Source: Acidobacteriota bacterium
Lineage (GTDB): Bacteria > Acidobacteriota > UBA6911 > RPQK01 > JAJDTT01
Reading direction: 5' to 3'
Assembly: GCA_965217775.1 (NCBI GenBank)
Contig: CBDCJH010000002.1
Location: 1,856,001-1,920,000, forward strand
Length of the DNA stretch: 64,000 bases
Shown here piece by piece: positions 56,020 to 64,000 of this stretch. The position numbers and the translations under genes are program-made. The notes beneath the pieces are model-generated. The model was not told the origin of the DNA and searched no databases. It saw nothing but the letters and a program-made list of their open reading frames with translations. Numbering within the stretch: position 1 is the stretch's first letter; each line of letters begins with the position of its first letter.

Positions 56020-58536
56020 ATGAGAGCAAGCGGACAGACCCGGAAGTGGACCTACCCTCTGCGCATCGGGGCACTCGCCAGCTTGTCGGTGGCCCAGCCG
56101 ATCCTGGATCTGCTCTCCCAGCAACCGGAGTATCTGGTCGCGCGCCAGGCCGGGCTCGTGGAAGTGTGGTTCCTGATCTTCTTCCTGATCCTGGCTGTTC
56201 CAGGTTTGGTCGTCGCCGGCGCATATCTACTGGGATGGGCCGTAGGCGTGAAGAGTTGGTTTCAGAGCGCCGGCATCGGCCTGTTTGGTTTTCTCCTCGG
56301 TCTGCTGGTCGTGAAAACTCTCAAGCAGGACCCGGGAATAGTTCTCATCAGCCTCGTAGGACTGCTCGCTTGTTTGACCGCTCTCGCCTACCATCGCTTC
56401 ACAGCCACTCGCCTGTATCTGACACTCCTGTCGCCGGCCATTCTCATCGTTCCGGCGCTTTTTCTGGCTGATCCCTCGGTTCAACGAATCCTCAATCCAG
56501 CCACGTCGCAAGGCGCTGCATTGGAACGCGGCAAGACGGATACGCCGATCGTCATGGTCGTCTTCGATGAACTCCCCCTTAAATCCCTCCTGGATTGCCA
56601 GGGCGGGATCGACTCCCTACGCTTCCCCAATTTCGCCGAACTGGCCGATGAAGCCACCTGGTTCCGGAACACGGCGACCGTTTCACCCTCCACCCGATAC
56701 TCGGTCGCGGCCATGTTGACCGGGAAACTCCCGCAGCCGGACCGGACGGTTCTGCCCGCTCTGGCCAACTATCCGGACAATCTCTTCACCTGGCTCCGAA
56801 ACTCCCATCGGCTCAACGTCTCGGAATCGACGACGCACCTCAGACCAGACGGTCCGGGACACAACGGCTTTCACTGGCAGAGTCTGCGCCAGTTTCTGGT
56901 GGACGTCTCGGTGATCTATCTCCATCTCGTCCTGCCGGAGCGCCTGACGTACCGGTTGCCCGACATCCGCTACGGCTGGTCCTGGCGTTTGGATCACCCC
57001 GTCGGGCAGTTCGACGTGTTCCTGCAATCCATCCCGGCACAGAGAGAGCCCGGGCTGCATTTCATCCATATTCAGATTCCCCATCTGCCCTGGGTCTATC
57101 TCCCGTCGGGCAAGCGCTATCTGCCTGGCGGGGACATGGCCTTGTTCTCCAAGAGGGGTATCTGGACCCGGCATGAAACTCTGGTGACTCTGGCATACCA
57201 ACGCCACCTGCTCCAGGTCGGTTTCGCCGACCGGCTCCTGGGCCGCCTGCTCCGGAAACTGAAGACTCACGATCTCTACGACCGGAGCCTGATCGTCGTC
57301 GCATCGGACCATGGAGTCAGCTTCCGCCCCGGCGGAAGCAGGAGGCATCTGACAGACGCCAACTTCAAAGACATTTTGGCCGTGCCGCTTCTGATCAAGG
57401 CTCCCCATCAGAAACAGGGCCGGGTGTCGGATCGTCCGACACGAACCACGGATATTCTCCCCAGCATCGCCGACATCCTGGGCGTTCCCCCTCCCTGGCC
57501 CACCGATGGAATATCGGTGACGGAAACCGGGACTCAGGAGAACAGAGACCTGGCATCCACGGCCCTGAGCATCGTTCGCCCTCTCGCGTTTCTGCGTTGG
57601 CGAACGACGGTCTGTCTGGAAGGCCGGGCTTTCGAAGTGACCCAAACGGAAACCCGTGCCCATCTGGATGTAGTGAGCGAGAGTGGTAACCGCGTTGTGT
57701 TCTTCGGCTGGACGGCAGACATGGAAACCCTGGAACCGGCCGATTCCATCCTCGTTTTCGTCAATGGCGAGTTGGCCTACCGGGGAATGCCTCGGCACCC
57801 GCGCCCGGATGTGGGCGAGCATTTCAAGGCCGCAGAATTGGAGAATTCCGGGTTTCTGCTCGAACTGGACCGGGAACTCTTCGAAGGGGGCCCACAGGTT
57901 CGATGCTTTGCCTCATTCGGGGACCGAATCCGGGAAGTCAAATACCCGGCGGGTTTCCCCTGGCCTGCCGAATCGGAAGACTTTTGGGAAGAGGCCGGGT
58001 CCCCCGATGCCGGCCGGATCTGTTCCCTCGATCAGAACGCGCAGCGTTCCTTTCTGATCACACGATCACTCACCCCGGCGACCCTCAGGAAGGCTTTTGA
58101 ACCCAGTGAATTCGAGATCCGTCTTCAGCAGTTGGCGTGGGATGCCGGCGAGGATGGCTTGTTCCAGCCCGTTCCCTTTCGTGCACTGATCGGGAAGCGG
58201 CTGGATCAACTATCCATACGGCCGACCCCGGGCCTCCAAATCGAGTTGGACAAGCCAGGCCTTCTTTCGAGGATGAGGCGGAGACTGGATCCCGACTTCA
58301 TTCCGGCCGCCGTCGAAGGACGAGTCTCGACGAAGTACGCGGAGATTTTGGCAGTGGCCGTGAACGGAATCGTCCGGGCGGTTGCTTCCACATTCGTCGG
58401 ACCGAGGGGCGGCCGGCGTTTCCAGGCGATCGTCCCCGAATCGTCGTTGCTGGAGGGGACGAACCGGATTCAGGTGTTCGCGGTGGGGCAAACGAACGGC
58501 GACATGATCTTGTTTTCCTCAGCCGAGGGCGACTGA
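56020..58536 (+). CDS. Membrane-anchored sulfatase-like hydrolase/phosphotransferase
   Basis: Five N-terminal TM helices; VVFDE, Thr nucleophile (PSTRYS), PHLPW, SDHG, VPLLIK. Confidence 0.8.
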   Translation: MRASGQTRKWTYPLRIGALASLSVAQPILDLLSQQPEYLVARQAGLVEVWFLIFFLILAVPGLVVAGAYLLGWAVGVKSWFQSAGIGLFGFLLGLLVVKTLKQDPGIVLISLVGLLACLTALAYHRFTATRLYLTLLSPAILIVPALFLADPSVQRILNPATSQGAALERGKTDTPIVMVVFDELPLKSLLDCQGGIDSLRFPNFAELADEATWFRNTATVSPSTRYSVAAMLTGKLPQPDRTVLPALANYPDNLFTWLRNSHRLNVSESTTHLRPDGPGHNGFHWQSLRQFLVDVSVIYLHLVLPERLTYRLPDIRYGWSWRLDHPVGQFDVFLQSIPAQREPGLHFIHIQIPHLPWVYLPSGKRYLPGGDMALFSKRGIWTRHETLVTLAYQRHLLQVGFADRLLGRLLRKLKTHDLYDRSLIVVASDHGVSFRPGGSRRHLTDANFKDILAVPLLIKAPHQKQGRVSDRPTRTTDILPSIADILGVPPPWPTDGISVTETGTQENRDLASTALSIVRPLAFLRWRTTVCLEGRAFEVTQTETRAHLDVVSESGNRVVFFGWTADMETLEPADSILVFVNGELAYRGMPRHPRPDVGEHFKAAELENSGFLLELDRELFEGGPQVRCFASFGDRIREVKYPAGFPWPAESEDFWEEAGSPDAGRICSLDQNAQRSFLITRSLTPATLRKAFEPSEFEIRLQQLAWDAGEDGLFQPVPFRALIGKRLDQLSIRPTPGLQIELDKPGLLSRMRRRLDPDFIPAAVEGRVSTKYAEILAVAVNGIVRAVASTFVGPRGGRRFQAIVPESSLLEGTNRIQVFAVGQTNGDMILFSSAEGD

Positions 58537-58556
58537 TTTCCACCGGCCCCCAATTG

Positions 58557-58673
58557 GGAGCGGCGGCTTTCTTGCCGCCGATTCGGGGGGTCTAGGGGGG
58601 ACGGAGTCCCCACTCCGCGTAGCGTCTTCCAACCGGGCGAAATGAAGAATGGGGGACAAGAATGCCCCCTCCC
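58557..58673. repeat. GGAG-type REP cluster
   Basis: GGAGCGGCGGCTTTCTTGCCGCCG and inverted GGGGGACAAGAATGCCCCCTCCC. Confidence 0.8.
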
Positions 58674-58753
58674 AATTGTGAGACCGCCGTGGACCCAGAT
58701 ATAGTTATGTTCCACCGGCCGGATACGAGGGCCAAGCGACTCAGATCCCCACC

Positions 58754-60166
58754 ATGACGACAGACCTGCAAATCTTCGACATCTCGGTCGGATCCATCCT
58801 GGTTTTCAACGGCCTCGCGGTGTTCCTTCTCTGGGGGTCCGTACGCTCCAGGAGCAGCATCGAACTACCCACCTTCGCCGTCTGTTGGCTTCTGTACGGC
58901 ATCCGGATTCTGGGCCCGGTCGAGGCGGTCCGTACCGCAACACCAATCCCCCCCATTGGTTGGGACTACATCACCTTCGGGGCCTAATACACCCAAGGAA
59001 TCGCCGCCTGGTTCTTCGTCGAAGTCTTCTGGAGGACCAAAGCCGTATTTCGTTGCTTCCGCCGAATCTGGCAGTTCCACATCATCTTCGTGATCGTCGC
59101 GATGACGGTCGACCTCTACAACGGCACGCCGGGCTCGATGCTCCCGTACCACGTCAATCTGCTCCTGATCTACATCCTGGCCACCATCGCAAACTACTTC
59201 ACCGGACACATCCGGTACGAACGGGAAACCGCCCCCGCGTACATCGCCATGGTCATCGCCTCCGTCATCATCCTGCACGATGTGTTCGCGCGTCTCGGGT
59301 GGCTCCCATGGACCGTACTGCTGGGTGCAATCGGCAATTTCGTGCTCGCCGCCGCCATCTGCTACGCCTTGTTGCACCGCGCGCTGAACAACGAGAAGCG
59401 GCTCGCCACCATCAACGCCGAGCTGAACGCAGCCCGGCAGATTCAACATTCCCTCCTTCCCCGGCAGGGCCCAAGCATCGAAGAGGAATTGTTGAGCGTC
59501 CGGTATATCCCCATGGACGCCGTCGGCGGCGACTTCTACGACTTCATCCCCATCGACGATCACCGGTTCGGCATCATGGTCGCCGACGTCACCGGCCACG
59601 GCATTCCGGCCGCGCTGATCGCCACCATGGTCAAGACGGCCTCCGCATCCCAATCCCATGCCGTGGCGGAACCCTCCCGCGTCCTGGCCGGGATGAACGA
59701 TGCCCTCTACGACCAGACGGACCTCCACTTCGTGACCGTCACCTACGCCTATATCGACCTGGAAGCACACGAACTGCGTGTCGCGAGCGCCGGCCACCCG
59801 CCACCGCTGATCTATTCGCCGACGCGGAAGGCCGGCAACGAGATCGACATCAACGGTGTCGCGCTGGGCGTCCTTCCCCTCCAGAGTTACGAGACCGTAA
59901 CGGTCCCTCTGGCTCCCGGCGATCGCATCGTCATCTACAGCGACGGCGTGACGGAAGCCTCCGCGCCCGACGGCGAGGAATTCACAACAGAACGCCTGCT
60001 CAAGATGCTGGTGGAGCGTTCCAACACCACCACCGATGAATTCGCCGACTACACCCTCCGGCAACTGATCGATTGGACCCGAAAGCCCAGGCTCGCGCTG
60101 GACGACGACCTGACTCTCCTCGTCATCGACGTGCCTGAGAACGGGGAACGCACAACCCGCACGTGA
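58754..60166 (+). pseudogene. 7TM + SpoIIE/PP2C phosphatase split by one in-frame TAA (58985-58987)
   Basis: ORFs 58754 and 59090 share a frame; GGDFYD, ADVTGHG, YSDGV.E, DDLT motifs. Confidence 0.8.
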
Positions 60167-60199
60167 ATGTACAATGGTGCCTGATTGGAGAACACGAGC

Positions 60200-60433
60200 A
60201 TGGCAAATTTCGAGTTGTTGTCCCGCATCACATCGCGTTCAGATGTCTTTGGGGGAAAGCCCATCGTTCGCGATATGAGAATCTCGGTGGAACTGGTCCT
60301 GAGCCTGTTGGCCCAAGGCGTTACCGCCGAGGCCATCTTGGAGGATTATCCTGGATTGGAGCCGGACGACATTCGCGCTTGCACTGCATACGCCCACGCG
60401 GTGATCAGACCGACGACATCGATTGGAGCATAA
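60200..60433 (+). CDS. DUF433 antitoxin-like protein (orphan)
   Basis: RIT...VFGGKPIVR.MRISVE.VL..LA.G....ILEDYP.L..DDIRAC..YA. Confidence 0.85.
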   Translation: MANFELLSRITSRSDVFGGKPIVRDMRISVELVLSLLAQGVTAEAILEDYPGLEPDDIRACTAYAHAVIRPTTSIGA

Positions 60434-60443
60434 ATCGATCCTA

Positions 60444-60680
60444 ATGCGAAAATCACAGTTCGTAGGATTTCTGCTGACACTCTGTTTCGGACCATTTGGA
60501 TTACTCTATTCGAGTGTCCCAGCAGCGTTGATATTGATCTTCATCGGACTCTTCATCGGACTTTTTACTGCGGGGATAGGAGCCATTGTCATTTGGCCTA
60601 TCTCAATTCTCGTCGGCTTTGTCACAGTCGCTCGTTGGAATGAGCGTTTGAGAAGACATACAACTGCACCACCGTTTTGA
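60444..60680 (+). CDS. Small membrane protein (TM2-like)
   Basis: KS..GFLLTLCFGPFGLLY; low GC. Confidence 0.65.
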   Translation: MRKSQFVGFLLTLCFGPFGLLYSSVPAALILIFIGLFIGLFTAGIGAIVIWPISILVGFVTVARWNERLRRHTTAPPF

Positions 60681-60929
60681 CGCAGTCGCTTTAGAATCGT
60701 ATTCGTTTCTAGAATCGCGTGCAGAAGAAGTTGCTTATGTGAATGCTCACCGGAACATGTTGGTCCACAGGACTACCGGATCATTAGGCCTCGCTATCCT
60801 TACACTTACCGGACAATCGGACGTACTTGGAAATATCCTTTGACATATTTCTAAACACACCTGTAGTTGTAGGCTTTATGGTGAAAACATGCCCTCACAC
60901 GGACACGGTACAGAGCTCCTTGCATCCGC

Positions 60930-62333
60930 CTACCAGATCCCCAACACCTTCCACCACAACCCACCGGCGACGAAGTAGATAAGGATATTCACCACGCTCA
61001 GGAGGCCGCCCAGCTTCCACCAGTCGCTCATCTCCACGTATCCCGTCCCGAAGAAAACGGGTGCCGGTCCGGTGCCGTAGTGGGTCATGCCGCTGAACAG
61101 GTTGCTGAAGTAGCCCAATACCAGCGCCGCCAGCAGGGGCGGGGTTCCCACAGCGATGGCCACCGCCAGGAAGGGACCGTACATGGAGCTGATGTGCGTC
61201 GTATTCCCGGCGAACAGGTAGTGGCTGTAGAAATAGAGCAAGCTCAGGAGGAGAAACGACCTCATCCAGTGCCCTTCCCCCAGGACGGCGGCCAGTTGGT
61301 CTCCGAACCAGGGGATCAGACCCATCGAGTTGAGGTGGCTGGCCAGGTTGATGAGGACCCCGAACCAGATGAGCGCGTCCCAGGCTCCCCTTTCCCCCAG
61401 GATGTCCTTCCATCTCAGCGTCCCGGTCAGGAGCAGGATGGCAAGCCCGGTCAGCGCCGCCACGGCGCTGCTGATTCCCAACTTGCCGCCGAAGATCCAC
61501 AGGATCAAGAGGAGGACAAAGGTGCCGAGCATGACCCGCTCCGATGCCTTGAGCGGCCCCATCTCTTCCAGCTTTCGCTTTGCCATCCGGGCGGCTCCGG
61601 CCGTCTCGGTGATCTCGGGAGGATAGATCCGGTAGAGGATCCAGGGGCCCACGGCGAGACACACTAGTCCGGGAACCAGAGCGGCCAGGAACCAGGTGGT
61701 CCAGTCGATCTCGATTCCCATCCCTGCAGCCAGCCCGGCCGCCATGGGATTGCCCGCCATGGAGGTGAGGAACATGCCGCTCACCACGACGCCGCCCTGA
61801 TAGGACGCCTTGATCAGAAACGCTCCCAGCCGGCGGGCGGTGGCGCCGTCCGGCCGGCTCCCGAAGGAGACGGCCACGGATTGCAGGATGGGGCAGATGA
61901 CGCCGCCGCAACGGGCCGTGTTGCTGGGGATGGCCGGGGCCAGGACGAGATCGACTCCGATCATGCTGTAGGCCAGCCCCAGACTCTTTTTCCCCACCGC
62001 CGCCATGAACAGGTACGCGATTCGCAGGCCCAGGCCGGTGACCAGGAATCCCCGGGAGATGAAGAAGGCGGACACGATGAGCCAGACCACCGGGTAACCG
62101 AAGCCGGCCAACGCCTCGTCCGGCTTCAGGACTCCGCTGAGCATGGAGACGATGACCCCCAGCATCGCCATGGCGCCCAAGGGCAGGGTCTTGGCCAAGA
62201 TCCCCACGATGGTGGCCAGGAAGATAGCCAGGAGTCGCCAGGCCTGGAGCTGCACCTCGTCCGGAGGCGGCACGAACCAGACCAGGAGGCCGATCAGGAT
62301 CGGGGGGAGGAATCGCAGCGGCAGACCGTTCAT
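60930..62333 (-). CDS. DASS family anion transporter (2-oxoglutarate/malate translocator-like)
   Basis: TGLGLRIAY, PSNTARCGG, FLTSMAGNP, HYLFA..T.H, THYGTGPAP. Confidence 0.92.
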   Translation of the reverse strand: MNGLPLRFLPPILIGLLVWFVPPPDEVQLQAWRLLAIFLATIVGILAKTLPLGAMAMLGVIVSMLSGVLKPDEALAGFGYPVVWLIVSAFFISRGFLVTGLGLRIAYLFMAAVGKKSLGLAYSMIGVDLVLAPAIPSNTARCGGVICPILQSVAVSFGSRPDGATARRLGAFLIKASYQGGVVVSGMFLTSMAGNPMAAGLAAGMGIEIDWTTWFLAALVPGLVCLAVGPWILYRIYPPEITETAGAARMAKRKLEEMGPLKASERVMLGTFVLLLILWIFGGKLGISSAVAALTGLAILLLTGTLRWKDILGERGAWDALIWFGVLINLASHLNSMGLIPWFGDQLAAVLGEGHWMRSFLLLSLLYFYSHYLFAGNTTHISSMYGPFLAVAIAVGTPPLLAALVLGYFSNLFSGMTHYGTGPAPVFFGTGYVEMSDWWKLGGLLSVVNILIYFVAGGLWWKVLGIW

Positions 62334-64000
62334 TGCTCGGACGATGGGTAGGTCACCCAGACGGGAGAGCCCCAAGCCACCATGCCGTCCTGCTGCAGGA
62401 CCCGCACGTAGTAGTAACGCTCGCCCGCCCCGGCGTCGGCGTCCACGTACTCGAAGGAGATCTCTTCCTCGTCGTCGGGGGACACCTGGTAGACGATGGC
62501 CTCATCCCGGATGACGTCCACGCGGTGGAGCGGATCGGTCCCCACCACTCTCGCCTTCAGGCGCAACGGTCCGGACACGGTGAACTCCTCACCCATGAGA
62601 TGCTCGCCCCCGTCGTGGACGAAACGCACGTCCAGGATGATGTTGTCGGTGGAAGCGTAGGCGCGGCGGCTCCGGATCGCCTCCATCAGGCTCTCCAGGG
62701 TCAGGTCCTCGGCCAGTAGGCAGGCGTAGCTCATGTGGGTGGAATGGTGGTCCGAGGAGGCGATGAATCCCAACCGGTACCCCTTGGCCAGAGCGTTCCA
62801 AACATAGCCGGGACGTTCCTCGGAGTCCCGGGGCTTCAAGGTTCCCGGCTGGGGCGCCCCGGCGTGCTCGTAGGTGTCCCGGAGACCCTGGTAGATCTCC
62901 ACCAGGGTCTCCACCTCGGGATCGTTGTCACGCCAGTCGTTGGACCTGCCGGTGGTGTGGGGGATGGAGGTGCCCCCGTGCCGCCGGAGGTACCAGAAGA
63001 GCCGCTCGGCGCCCTCCTGTCCCCGCTCCTCAGGCCCCAGGATGGGATGGATGGGCTTCCCCCGTTCGGTGAAGAAGATGTTCCGGTGGCCGCTGGGGAA
63101 ACTGAGCGATCGCTCGTAGCCGTAGAAGGCCACGAAATTCTTCAGTTGGAAGAGGTCGGCGGTTTTCTGGCTCCGCCACCAGGTGTAGGGCTCGTCAACA
63201 TGGTGAGTGTGATCGCTCACTCCCAGGAAATCCAACCCACCCGCATCCACGGCATACCGGTAGGCATCCAGGAGGGTGCCGTCCGCCGCACCGTCCACCG
63301 AGATTTCCGTATGGCGGTGCAGATCTCCCCGGTAGATGGAGTAGGTCTTCCCCCGATGCTCCACCCGGAAAGCGCGGATTCGGTCCAACTCTTCCTCTTC
63401 GTCGGGATGGATGGGCGGGACCGGAGGATCCTCTGCCGGCGGAGGGGCGGGAACCAGGGATACGCCTTGTTCCAACTCCGGCGGCTGCAGCTTGGCCAGG
63501 AAGACCTGATTGTGTTGCTGCATGTAGCTCTTGGCGTTTCGGTGATCCGTGGCCCACGTGAGCCAGAACGCGCCGTCCGGGGTCCTGGCACCGGAGGGCA
63601 TCAGGGCGTTGCGGCCGCTGGTGCGGGCCAGACGTATCGGTGCACTCCATTGGCCGCCCCGGTATTGGGTGAGGTGAATATCCCAGCGCGGATAGTAGGC
63701 GGGTCCCAGCCTGCCCCTCACTTCCCGGATGTCGGGCTGGCGCAGGTACAGTTTTCGGACCAGCAGCCAGGGTTCGCCGGAGGGCCCCATCTCCAAGTGG
63801 GGCATCTCCCAAAGGTCTCCGATGAAGATCGTCGAGAGAGACCCCTCCGTGTCCAACCGCTGCTCTCCGTCCAGACAGACGATCCGGATTTCCCTGGACT
63901 CGCGAAGCTGTGTCCCTTGCACCCGGGACAGCCGGCCCGAGTCCTTGCCCCACTCGACGCCCGACTCCTGCCAAGCCACCCAGATGCGGCCTCCCGGGTC
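62330..64000 (-). CDS. PHP-fold metallohydrolase (DUF3604/CehA-like), 5' end outside the window
   Basis: GDLHRHT, LDF.GVSDH, GHRN, IPH, ASSDHH, YASTD. Confidence 0.75.
   Translation of the reverse strand, partial: DPGGRIWVAWQESGVEWGKDSGRLSRVQGTQLRESREIRIVCLDGEQRLDTEGSLSTIFIGDLWEMPHLEMGPSGEPWLLVRKLYLRQPDIREVRGRLGPAYYPRWDIHLTQYRGGQWSAPIRLARTSGRNALMPSGARTPDGAFWLTWATDHRNAKSYMQQHNQVFLAKLQPPELEQGVSLVPAPPPAEDPPVPPIHPDEEEELDRIRAFRVEHRGKTYSIYRGDLHRHTEISVDGAADGTLLDAYRYAVDAGGLDFLGVSDHTHHVDEPYTWWRSQKTADLFQLKNFVAFYGYERSLSFPSGHRNIFFTERGKPIHPILGPEERGQEGAERLFWYLRRHGGTSIPHTTGRSNDWRDNDPEVETLVEIYQGLRDTYEHAGAPQPGTLKPRDSEERPGYVWNALAKGYRLGFIASSDHHSTHMSYACLLAEDLTLESLMEAIRSRRAYASTDNIILDVRFVHDGGEHLMGEEFTVSGPLRLKARVVGTDPLHRVDVIRDEAIVYQVSPDDEEEISFEYVDADAGAGERYYYVRVLQQDGMVAWGSPVWVTYPSSEQ

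Noticed and set aside
58985-58987. Stop-codon recoding in the PP2C gene (and TAG in higA)
   Set aside because: TAA is not a Sec or Pyl codon, and higA also has a frameshift, so ordinary pseudogenisation explains both.

Overview
GC-rich bacterial chromosome segment; the gene content (Tat/secreted hydrolases, TonB receptor, ThuA/MBL, sulfatase, PHP-fold proteins) looks Acidobacteria/Planctomycete-like, but taxonomy is an inference. Housekeeping and catabolic genes (class IV aminotransferase, PutA, IlvD/Edd dehydratase, ADH, DASS and MFS transporters) are mixed with two accessory zones. Zone 1 (about 5.6-31.9 kb) is a mosaic of toxin-antitoxin modules, gene fragments, IS remnants and four extra partial copies of one beta-propeller hydrolase gene. 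About 12 co-oriented copies of a ~24-bp motif (GAGAA-G/C-G-T/G-RACTGTCCCCTTCTC) occur here, many exactly at fragment junctions. The zone also holds a UGA-recoded (UxxC) thioredoxin-type selenoprotein gene broken by a 158-bp MITE. Zone 2 (39.9-48.7 kb) carries a five-gene candidate defence operon: a helical protein, three tandem BrxD/DUF2791-like ATPases and an Lhr-like helicase. It is followed by an orphan DinJ antitoxin and an ORF-less group II intron whose EBS1/EBS2 are complementary to the genome's GGAG-type REP hairpin, into which it is inserted. All assignments were made by eye, with no database searches.
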